A stretch of DNA of 64,000 nt from Fistulifera solaris (Eukaryota): positions 868,001 through 932,000 of the forward strand of contig AP026126.1 of the NCBI GenBank assembly GCA_030295235.1, in the 5' to 3' direction. Positions 48,263 through 58,976 of this stretch are shown here, in pieces. Position 1 is the first letter of the stretch. The number at the start of each line of letters is the position of its first letter. Position numbers and translations under genes: made by a program. The notes beneath the pieces are model-generated. The model was not told where the DNA came from. It ran no database searches and was given only the letters and a program-made list of their open reading frames with translations.

Positions 48263-48930
48263 GCGAATCGAAATCCTAAAGATAGCTATCAGTAACGTTA
48301 AAAAGAGATGTTATTTGAAACCCGCCATGGTACTGGTACGTACCAGGTACACCTGGTACGACGTACGACATGGCAGCTGCGGTAGCTGGCAGCTGTGGAA
48401 AACGTTTGCTAAAAATGGATGCTATCTCATCGAAGCTCAAACCATTCATCAACATACATTTCTGGAGTCCCTTAACAAGAATTGACATTACTTGCAATAT
48501 CAAACACAGAAAAAAGCAAGAAAGCAACGTTTCGAATGTCTACGTGAAAATCTTGTAGGCCGCGTACTGGAACTGGTACTGGGGTTTTCGGTTATTCTCA
48601 AACCAGTCAAGGGTCAAGGATCACCTCGGATTGCGTTGACGATGTACTGTACCAGGTAGACGACATCACTTTAAAGCGGACCAAGGACGCACCAGACACC
48701 AGAGAACAGGGCTGAGAACACAATGGATCTACATGTTACTGCACAGTCACAAGAACGCAAAAAAGATACGCAATCCGTAGAACAAAGAAAAAAAAGGCAC
48801 TGCCATTGAATGCTGAATGACCGAGGATCGAAACAGCTTATCGAATATCGAACCTCATTGCTTCTTATTACCATCGGCTTTGCATTATCGCCTCATTTGA
48901 TTATCGGCAACGATCGGTCAGTATCTATCG

Positions 48931-49635
48931 ATGAAGATCTTTTCAGTTTTCTTCGCTGCTAGCCTTGGATCGGCAGCAGCCTTTCAAGCGACCACCAAAG
49001 CGAACAAAAAAGTATCCGAGCTGAAGGCGTTCGAAGATGAACTCGGCGCTCAGGCTCCCCTTGGCTTCTTCGATCCATTGGGCTTGGTTGCTGATGCAGA
49101 TGAGTCCAAGTTTAACCGCTTACGCTTCGTCGAGCTGAAACACGGCCGCATCTCGATGTTGGCAATCGTTGGCCACCTCGTAACGACCGGAAACGTGCGG
49201 TTGCCGGGAGATATTGATTTTCAGGGCACTTCGTTCGCTGATATTCCCTCTGGATTAGCGGCACTTGAAAAGATTCCGCCTGCTGGAATCGCCCAGATTG
49301 TCGCCTTCATTGGATTTCTTGAGCTGTTCGTCATGAAAGATGTTACAGGAAGCGGAGAATTTGTTGGTGCGTTGAGTCTGTTTGATTCTCCTTTGCAAAG
49401 TCCTCAGCAATTCCTCACAGTCTCTTTCGTGTTGACAGGTGATTTTCGCAATGATTTCTTTGACCTAGGATGGGACAAATTTTCTCCAGAGGAACAAGAA
49501 CGTAAGCGGGCGATTGAATTGAACAACGGCCGTGCTGCTCAAATGGGAATTCTTGCCTTGATGGTTCACGAAAAACTCGACGGAAATCCTTATGTGATCA
49601 ATTCACTGCTCGGCTATCCGGTCGACTTTAACTAA
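48931..49635 (+). CDS. Lhcf: Fucoxanthin-chlorophyll a/c binding protein (Lhcf-type); intron 49367-49438
   Basis: AAAF presequence; FEDELGAQAPLGFFDPLGL, RLRFVELKHGRISMLA, GEFVGDFRN after splicing, and KRAIELNNGRAAQMGILALMVHE. Confidence 0.97.
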   Translation: MKIFSVFFAASLGSAAAFQATTKANKKVSELKAFEDELGAQAPLGFFDPLGLVADADESKFNRLRFVELKHGRISMLAIVGHLVTTGNVRLPGDIDFQGTSFADIPSGLAALEKIPPAGIAQIVAFIGFLELFVMKDVTGSGEFVGALSLFDSPLQSPQQFLTVSFVLTGDFRNDFFDLGWDKFSPEEQERKRAIELNNGRAAQMGILALMVHEKLDGNPYVINSLLGYPVDFN

Positions 49636-49841
49636 GTTCTCGGTTTAAAATAAATGATGCTGATGTGAACCACACTAGCAATTGAATGCCAGTAGTGGAC
49701 TAATCACGATACACACACAAACACACGCCTCTTCCGTATTTTGAAGCTAAACATTAATGTCTGTCGATAGTTCCAACTATGGACATGGACGACTGATAAT
49801 GGACTAAGAACAAGGTCACCAACGGAAAGCATCGTCCTTGT

Positions 49842-49925
49842 CTCATGACTGAAACCTAGTCTTGTTGGTGACGTAGAACCAACACTTTGGGGCTATACTC
49901 ACAAGTCGGCCTGGAATGATGATTT
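49842..49925 (-). repeat. Diverged copy of the ~240-bp element (reverse orientation; may extend to ~50100)
   Basis: CTCATGACTGAAACCTAGTCTTG...AACACTTTGGGGCTATAC versus CTCATGACTGAAATGCAGTCGTG...AACACTTGAGGTATATAG, and versus ACACTTTGGGCCTATAG of the 18.1-kb copy. Confidence 0.65.
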
Positions 49926-50250
49926 CGGACAAAGAAGTGCCAACCAACTCCTTCGTGAACGGCACGACTCGCACGGAAGGCCGTTCGCATTCTGTTTGAA
50001 GAAAGAGAAGTAACCGTTTGGTTCCAGTAGTCTTTAGCAAGGAGGCATCACACTTTGGCTTTCTGTCAATCCAACAAGCGCGGAGTGATCTTCATTGGCT
50101 CTTCTTCTTGCGATCATTCTGTGAGACGTGGCGCATACCTGGTAGTGGACGACTCTTCTGCAATTCATCTATTGTCCACCATTCTTGTCGCTTGTTATTT
50201 CAACGACATCAGTGCGGTGCAAGAAACTGCCGATACATTTGCTCCAAGCA

Positions 50251-51593
50251 ATGCTTCGAGTGGCAAAGAAAGACTCTCGCAGATTGCTATCGTCGTCATC
50301 GGCTGCTGCCATTGAGGATCTACCTCTGCAGTTTCTGCGTGCATCGGACCCAGCCAATTTTGATAAAGATACATTTCAACGCAAGGATGTTGTCTTTGAC
50401 AAATTGAACGGAAAGCCGCTCATTACATCGACACCAAAAACTCCATTGATGCGAGAGTACACTTTGCACGGCGAGTCGTACAAAGTGGTATGGGAGGACG
50501 GCGTCGTGTCGGAATATCAAAAATCCTGGGTTAAGAAACAGCTTGATTTGTGGGGGAAAAGTGGCATCCAAAGAGTCATGTGGAATAATTTAACCGAAGG
50601 CAGAGTCCGAAATTCTAAAGATTTATCGATGGGCTTTGAAGAGGCTTTGACCAGCGATGGACAAGCAAAGGCTCTAAAGGCTCTCTACCAATATGGGATT
50701 TTATTAGTTACCAATACTCCGATCGACGATCGTTGCTCTGGAAGTGTGGCAGCACTCGCGTCGGCGCTAGGGGTGGTGCCAAAAAGATGGTACGTCGGTT
50801 TTGAACAAATATCTAAATGGCCAAAACGATGATCGATTCGAAGGTGTAGTAGACGGACCACTCCGAACTTTGTATGGTACGGTTTGGTCGACGTCGACAT
50901 CCGATCAATCCGCGGGTGCAAGTACAGCTGATTCTGCTTACGGCAATGAATCGCTGCCCCTTCACACAGATATGACGTACATAAGAGATCCCCCGGGCTT
51001 GCAAATCTTTACCATGGTACGACCTGCAACTACCGGAGGAGAAAGTCTTTTGGAGATGGTTTTGCCGCAGCGGAAAAACTTCGATCCGTCGATCCCATGT
51101 CGTTCCGCGTACTATCTGAATTGCCTCGTAGATACCGATGTGTTGATCTTGTGTCTGGTTGGCATTTGGAAGCGTCTGGGCCTGTAATTTCTTTGAATTA
51201 TGGAAGAGTGGTCGGTGTTCGCCATAACGACCTCGATCGACTCCCCTGATCTTCCACCCGAACGTGTTGAAAATGTTGACGAATTTTATGAGACGGTCAA
51301 TAGGGCCCATCGATCGTGGGACGAAATTCTTGCTTCAGACGATATCCGTCTGACTTTACGTCTCCAAGCTGGAGAGACTGCCATAGTGGCGAATCAGGTA
51401 CGAATGGATTTATTACAAAGGGAAATGATCCTCGAATATACTTTTCTCACACATCTCTTCTTCTCAACAGCGGTGCTTTCATGGCAGGCTTGGTTTCCGT
51501 CTTGATGGGTATTCGAGTCGAGTTATCAAGGGGTGCTATGTGAGCCAAGATGAATTTGAATCTAGGCTTCGATGGGAGGGGTATCATGTTTAA
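50251..51593 (+). CDS. TauD-family Fe/2OG dioxygenase (trimethyllysine or gamma-butyrobetaine hydroxylase-like), probably mitochondrial
   Basis: LRASDP, W.DG..S.Y..SW, YGILLV, TLYG..W, DSAY....LPLHTDMTY..DPPGLQ, NQRCFHGR and GCY motifs. Intron ~51398-51470; several indels. Confidence 0.85.
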
Positions 51594-52345
51594 TTGATAG
51601 GAAGCAAAATGTCTAAACGACGAGTCAGTCGTCAACGCTGCCGGGAGGCTCTCAGCTCTCGGGATACGAGAAGCCGGCTTTAGTGTCATGCAAATGTGTT
51701 TTTTTAGAAGGATTGTGATTCGAAACGGTTTTGCATGTCCCGAACAATCCAACAAGAAAATATATACTGCGTATTATAAATTGTGCATTGTGCACAGTTC
51801 AGAAGAAACAAGGAATAATTTCGCAAGCAAAATACGATGTACTTGTAGTTTGTCTATTTATCCTTCTACTGTCTACTGTCTTCAATTTTATAAGTACTTA
51901 CGGCAGTAAACAGTAAATAGTGATTAGAGAACAGGGAGACACGGGAACGCACCTCTGCTTGGTACATTTCTCTACGGGGGCCTACACGAAAGTACACAAT
52001 TTCCCGCACCGTCCAGAAAGAAAAGTGCATAGACAGTAATGATAAAAACACTTAACGAAATGACTATAGCTCGATTTAGATCGATTTCGGAATAGTACCT
52101 TTACGTCGGTTTCACCCCTTAGTAATATTATAACGTCGGCAACTAGTGAAATGTCCCTGCCATCAGCTTCCGCACGCCGGGCTCGTCATCTGTCTTCTTG
52201 AAATCATTTTGATCTTTGACGTTCCTATCCTTTACGAGATCTACCGCGAAACAAGAAACAAAAAGCCTCATCTGCTTGTTCGCAACATCTTTCACGAACC
52301 AAATTATAAAATCGTCTCACTTTTATCATCCCGAAGAAAACTAAC

Positions 52346-52974
52346 ATGATTCATTTCAGAAAATGTTCGAATCGTTCACTCTTATCGAGTACTATCAAGT
52401 CGAAAGAAAATGAGGACAACGGAGTCGACAAAATGGTAGGAACGACTTCCGATAGTCGTCGGCCCTTCCCAAGCCATCGATGTAAGCCAATTGGGAGCAA
52501 GCGTCACGGTAAAGACGACGAGAAATGGAAAAGAATAAGAAGATTATCGATAGCTTCATGAAGAAACTCACACCTTTAGTACGCAAAGACTTATCGTTGA
52601 ATGTAGACGGCCTGGCCTTCTTTGCATTCAAAAAGTTCATCGTTGTTGTTGAAGTGGCAGTCGACAACCCCGAAACATGTTTCATCTACACCATGGTATG
52701 CAGACTGGGAGCGAATGATAATCAAACAGAGGTTTTGAAGTTTGCCATGAAGCTAAATTACATGCAGGGTGGAACGAGAGGGGCTACGATCGGCTTGGAT
52801 GGCGAGGAAGTCAATCTTTGTTACTCTTGCCACATTTCTGGTCTCTCATTCTGCGACTTTAAGGCCTCTCTTGACGACTTCTTGCAGACTGCCTTAGAAG
52901 TCAACGGGCAACTTGACGCTATGAAAGGTCGCGATTACATGGACGTGACTGATAAGTCTTATTCTTCAATATGA
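52346..52974 (+). CDS. CesT/Tir-chaperone (type III secretion chaperone)-like protein
   Basis: LSLN.DG...F, IYT.V, MKLNYMQGGTRGATIGLDG.EV.L and F...LDDFL..A patterns. One missing A at ~52523 joins ORF 52346 to ORF 52525. Confidence 0.65.
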
Positions 52975-53076
52975 CGATTCACTTTACATGGATTCATAGA
53001 TAATTGATATGGCTATATATCTTATATTGGTACATCAGTTGTTCGTGCTTTAACATTAGCTATTAGTAATTACTTT

Positions 53077-56000
53077 CTAAGGAGAATGCGGAGACGCGCT
53101 TCGTCCTCGGCTTCTCCTGCTTTTCTTTTTCTTGTTACGTTCTCGTTCCCGACTGCGACTTCTGCTAAGACTCCGCTTCCGATCTCGATCCCAGTCATCA
53201 TCTACCCGTCTGTCACGACCGCGAGTGTCTTCATAGTCCCAGCGATGACTTCCACTTCGACCTTGTAAAGATCTTTCACGAGAATCTTCCCGGTCTCGAC
53301 GCGATCGTCGTTCTTCACCCCTCTCGTAGCTTTTGGAAGATCTATGGCCGCGGTCACGATCGTAGTCCCCATAGCGATCGTATCCATCCCGATCGTATCC
53401 GTCGCGATAACGATTGTCGCGATGCCAATCATGCGGTGCTCCGTAGTGATCATACCCTCTTGGTGGGCGATCATAATCAGGAGGGGGTCTGTGATAGTCA
53501 GGTGGTGGCCGATCTACGGAATGGCCCGGACGAGAAGCGTAGCGATCTGAGCCGCTTGAGTTAGGTGCGCATGTGCAATAGCGTGGCCGATAGCCACATT
53601 TCACGCAGCGGTCATTGTTGGCTGTCACCTGTTGCGTCGGTGGTTGCGAAGTGGGCAAACGACCCGTAATGTTCGTGGCACCAACAGAGTTGCTCATAGC
53701 AATCTTGACTGCTCTGCCACACACTTCGTGATTTACGTTGGACTCTAGCACCTGTTTTGCGATGCGTTCCGGCATGGCAACAAAACCAAAACCGCGAGAT
53801 CGGCCGGAGTCTCTCTCAGTCGGTATATGACATTCCAGAACGTTGCCCTCGCCGTAAAGTCCGGAAAAATAATCATAGAGATCGGACGGAGTAGTGGTGT
53901 AGGAAAGATTCCCGATGTGCAATTTTAGAGCCGGTGGTCTATCTTTTCCTGAATTTGTGTCTTTGTCTTTGCCTCGTTTGCGATTGCGTTTTTTGTTTCG
54001 AGGCGATTTGCTTACCGCCTCGCCATTTCCATTTTCCTTAGAATCTTTCGGCACTGTAGATTCAATATCGCGATCGTCATCTTCCCCCGTAATTACGTCG
54101 AAGTTGAGATCAGCCAGTTGCTTCTCTAGATCGGGCGAAAGTATATTGTCAGCTGACAGCCCCTTAGCTGATGTTTTGAGTGCCCTAACATGTCCGTCAT
54201 ATAACGATAGGACACAACTATCAGCACCCATAGAGTAAAATCGTTGTTCGATTTCAACAGCGGTCGTGTATGCATGGGAGTCAAAGAAGGTTTTCCAGCC
54301 CACTCCCTTTGATTGTGGCACTTCGCTGTCGCTTTTGGACGACGACTCTTCTTGACTTTCCTTCATTTCATTACTTGGTGCCTTTGTTGACAGGTTAATA
54401 CCCGCATAATGCCCTTTGAGACCGTTTTCTAAATTACTCAATAGCTTTTCTAGCTTTCTTGAAAAAATAAACTCAAGATATCGTAAAAGAATCAGTTGAT
54501 GGCGGGGTGAAATCGGGATCCTCGCCCCAGATCGAATTGCAAGCGTCTTCTCAACATGAGTAGCTGGCATCGTAGTTACGACTGCAGCCGTTAGGAAAAG
54601 CGGATCGTAAGATCCATCATTGTATACAGTAGTTGTCAGCTTCTTTCCGGTTTTGAGAAGCTCAACAAACGATTCTCCGGCGGCGGCCAAAGCTTCTCTC
54701 TGGAGCAGCTTTAATCTACTACTTGTCCACCATGCATTAACCTTTTCTTCATCGCTGGATTCAAACACAAAGTCGGCGTTGATGTCAGCTTCTAGTGTGT
54801 GATCAAGTGGAGGAGGCACGTTTCCTACACCATCCTGTAACCCCCATCCCATCCGCAAGGTATCACTTGGGTTGTTCATCATTGTAAAGCCATATTGCAG
54901 TAGAAGATCAGTATTCCCCGAAAGTCCGTAGCATGTGTATATTTCCGAGCCTTTCCGTACTTTTGTGTGTACTATGGCGCGAGGGACGTGTGCTTCCTCC
55001 GCCGACGACTCCTCTGAACTACCGATCAATGCTCCAGACGATATTGGTGGTTTCCAGGTTACTTGATTGCCTTCTACCTCGTGGTTCAGCATATCCAGTA
55101 GTGGAACCATTACACCCAGTTCACTCCAGAGCTCTGCAGGACTCTGAAATTCTTTTGGATTTATTGGAGCAAACGAAGATATGTCACATTGATCATCAAT
55201 GTACAAAGATGCCGGAAGAGATCGAGAAGAAATGACAGCAGCAGCCCAAACCCATCTCTCAAACGTCAGCATTCCCTTCGGGAAAACGTCAGGAAAGCGA
55301 TCGAGTATACCCGCGTCAACGAGTACCAAAAACTCGTTCGCTAATTGAACTGTGTTTGTAGCAACGTCCTGCAAGACAGGCAGTCCAGGAAGACACCCGG
55401 TGAGAAGTGCCAATTCGTTCCTCTTCCAACAGAGAGGAATCGCGACAGAAGATGGCAGTGTTCGCGCATAAGGTGCAAACGTTTCTGCACATCCAGGAGG
55501 CGTATCAATTATTATCGAGTTTTTCAATGCGTTGTTTGAGTCATCCATGCTTGCCGAAAAGTCATGTTGGGAAACGAACGGTCGTTCTTGATCGGAAAAT
55601 CGCTGGTGGATGAGGAAAGCCATAAGTGGAGCACGAGTCGATAATATTCCAGGTTCAGCCAACGTAAAAAGCTGTGAATTTTCCTCTGAAGCTTTTTTGA
55701 AACATGTTCTGAGCTTTCTTTCTCTCTTGCAAAATTTTGACTAGAATTTGCGGGGCGTTATTTCGAGGTATCTTGCTGCTAACTCGATTAATGCACTCGC
55801 GTGTGTTTTCAAAAACATCCCAGAAGCCATTTTTCTCTGGGATAGACTTACAACAGGCTAGAATAGCCTTCCCAGCATCACTCGAAGCAACTAAATCCGG
55901 AGTTATCATGGCTCCTCTGGGTATCTTCATGATAGTTTCATCTTGCTTAATCTCCCGCACTGCACGTATTTGACACCCTAGCGTTCTATCATAAAGCGCT

Positions 56001-56341
56001 TGATCTCCTTCTCTATCAATAACACCTAAACGTCCCTTAGCAGTGACTTCTTTCGACGCATCCAGTGCCGTTTCAAAGACGAGAACAGGTGCGTTTTTCG
56101 TCCCGTCCGTAGCTTCACCGTTCACTACGCAGATTGCCGGATGAACTGACGCTTTCGCCTCGTCAATCAACCACTTTCGGAAAGTTGTCAGCCGACCCGA
56201 TAGCATCTTTGTTGCATCTGTACTTGAACCTTTGACATCTGATTCTTTTATCCCCATAATCTCCTCGTACGTGATCTTGCCATCACACTTGGTGTTGCTT
56301 TCGACACTGCTCCGCCCCCGTCTTATCGGTCGTGACGCCAT
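53077..56341 (-). CDS. SET-domain (Rubisco-LSMT/SETD3-like) methyltransferase fused to RRM, Cys cluster and RS/RD-rich tail
   Basis: PYARTLP, W.WAA..ISSR, MVPLLDMLNH and EIY.CYG..N..LLLQYGF motifs; RRM with LHIGNL (RNP2) and RGFGFV (RNP1); RS tail. Indel at ~55680. Confidence 0.85.
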
Positions 56342-56900
56342 GAAAACTTCCCCTTGGTTGCTCTGTAGCTCAAAATGTTCTTCTCAATCGCTTAAAGTCA
56401 CAAACGTATGAATATATCTTTTTACTAGCAATTGGCATTCAGTTTGCTAAACTCGAATGGCATCATGGCATCGCGCTCCGCCTCGGATTTTTGTTTGATG
56501 AGAAAAATATTGGCGTACGAAGTCTACCAGACATAATTCAAGACAGACAGTACATCTCGCTGTAGTCAGAAAAGATCCAACGGCACTCGTTCTATACAGA
56601 GTTGTGTAGGCAAGCACTCTTTTGGTGTCTTATCCAATGAGGGTCGACATCTTGTCCGATGACTTGACTGTAACCGGTAATCGACACGGACAGTCGGACA
56701 GACAGCTGTGTACTGATAGCGCCATGGGAATGGGACACGTCACCATGTTGAACATGAGAAAAACGAACTGCCGATGAAACGATGAAACTCCATAAAATTT
56801 TGGGACGACAAGACTCATGAACTTTGAGAAAAATGATACCATTTCTCTTCTTGTTGCGAGCTCAAACCGTCCTTACTGATCATATTCTTGTAACTCCAAA

Positions 56901-57770
56901 ATGAGAATTATCGGAGCATTGTTGACGATTGTACCTGTAGTACATGCATTTGTCCCTCTCATCGATGGCGGAACAGATATCCCAAAATTCTACAAGTCAT
57001 GGTTTGATGACCAAATCGTGAAACAAGCGTCTACAGCAGTAGAAAAAGCCATTGCGGCGGGAAATAAGAAAATCGAAGTAAACTTTCCAGCTGTTCCCAA
57101 CGTGGAAGAAGCCAAATTTGGAACCTCTTTGAACCAAAAATTCGGCACGACGGTCGTCGCCAGAGAACTCAAGATTGCGGGAGGATACACGCCCGGTTCG
57201 GACATTGCCCGAAATCTGATTGCTTACAGCAATGTTTACTGGGCAAAGAAAATAGCACCCGCCGTCGGCGGAGGCTTACTAGGTGGCCGTCCAGTGACGG
57301 TCGTGACACCGGAACAAGTGAACATGAAACAAATCCAGTCTCGTGGGGCTATGTCTCAGATTCTCTCATTGAAGATGAGTAAAGGTGTCGAAGTGAAACA
57401 AGGAGGAGCTCTAATAGCTATCAACCCTGGCGGTGAAGAAACTTGGGATCGCATTCAATCGGCATTTGGCAATGGGTCACCCATGGTCGTACTCAATAAC
57501 GCCTACTCGACAACCTACGGCTTGGGCAACAAACGAGGATACGAAGAAGCTTACTTTGTCAAACGGATATCCAAGGGCTGGATCTTCCGTTGTTTCCCTG
57601 GTCCTTGGAAGGCGTATTTGGAAAAACCCGATGGAAGTTGTGAGCTCTTGGAGACATACTCTTCGAAGCCGGAACTCAACGTCGTAGCAACACTTGTTCG
57701 TGATGAGTCATTTAAACGATATGCGATCAACAATGATCGATGGTTTCCGGGACAGGGTCAAAGACTCTAA
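56901..57770 (+). CDS. DUF1995-family (LPA3/adenylate-kinase C-terminal-like) plastid protein
   Basis: Signal VHA-F-VP; QA..AV..AI..G...IEV.FP, VVLN and GWIFR.FPGPW......G....L.....KP motifs. Confidence 0.75.
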   Translation: MRIIGALLTIVPVVHAFVPLIDGGTDIPKFYKSWFDDQIVKQASTAVEKAIAAGNKKIEVNFPAVPNVEEAKFGTSLNQKFGTTVVARELKIAGGYTPGSDIARNLIAYSNVYWAKKIAPAVGGGLLGGRPVTVVTPEQVNMKQIQSRGAMSQILSLKMSKGVEVKQGGALIAINPGGEETWDRIQSAFGNGSPMVVLNNAYSTTYGLGNKRGYEEAYFVKRISKGWIFRCFPGPWKAYLEKPDGSCELLETYSSKPELNVVATLVRDESFKRYAINNDRWFPGQGQRL

Positions 57771-57957
57771 ATACAGTATTGAAATAGGAGTAATGTCCCT
57801 TGCCGACGTTTGTCGGGCTTGCCTAGATTTACGTTGAATGACTTTGTAGTCGATCTAAACCTACAGTGTCTTTGAGTTAATTTGTTGTCTTATCTAGATT
57901 TCTCTCTTCCATGAAAAGACGAGTGAAGAATAATGAGCATCAAGCCTACTCGCATTT

Positions 57958-58409
<452 letters not shown>

Positions 58410-58540
58410 TTCAAACTTTGATGAATAGTTGACGGTAAAAAGAAAAGGATGGATTACAATAATCGATCAACACAAACGATGAACGATTATTGTTATAGTT
58501 TGTTGCGTTTTGATCGAACGGACACGTTTATCGCAATGTC

Positions 58541-58830
58541 TCATGCCTCATGACTCACGAAAAATCAAGTCGTGGTAAAATTGCGTCAACACATTGGATA
58601 TATAGTAAATACGGAATGCAATGATTTACTGCAAGATTTTCGACGTACATAAATGAAGCGTGCATTGGGAATGCTGCTGATGATAAGTTGAATCAACATA
58701 AAAACTATTTTAGTTTAACAAGTTAGCAGAAGGTACGAAGTTTCAACAGCAGTTTGGCTCGGTTAAAACCATTATCTATGATCCATGATTCATTACTCAT
58801 GACTGAATGCAGTCGTTGTGAAGATTTTGG
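58541..58830 (-). repeat. Diverged full-length copy of the ~240-bp element with the junction at both ends (reverse orientation)
   Basis: AGTCGTGG...GTCAACAC...ATATAGTAAATACGGAA, GCAAG..TTTCG, GCGTG.ATTG..AATGCT.CTGA, GCAGAA...GAAGTTT...GCTCGG and ACTCATGACTGAATGCAGTCGT all match the reverse complement of the 36.8-kb unit collinearly. Confidence 0.85.
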
Positions 58831-58976
58831 CCGTTGCTTTTGAAAAGCAAATAAAACGATCAAACGGACTGGTGGGTCATTTCTAATCAAAATATCCCCA
58901 GAATCTCTCATACGGAGCATAAGTTTGTCTATAAGTCTACAATAGCTAATAATTTCGGCGAGGAAGGTGAAATCCA

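Noticed and set aside
48262..48485. C-terminal extension of the HEATR5-like ORF through the GTAC island
   Set aside because: Probable read-through from an A-run indel at ~48255; the sequence looks like UTR or intergenic DNA.
58618..58685. C/D-box snoRNA candidate (ATGAT...CTGA)
   Set aside because: Poor C box and no convincing antisense guide; the sequence is explained as part of the 240-bp element.
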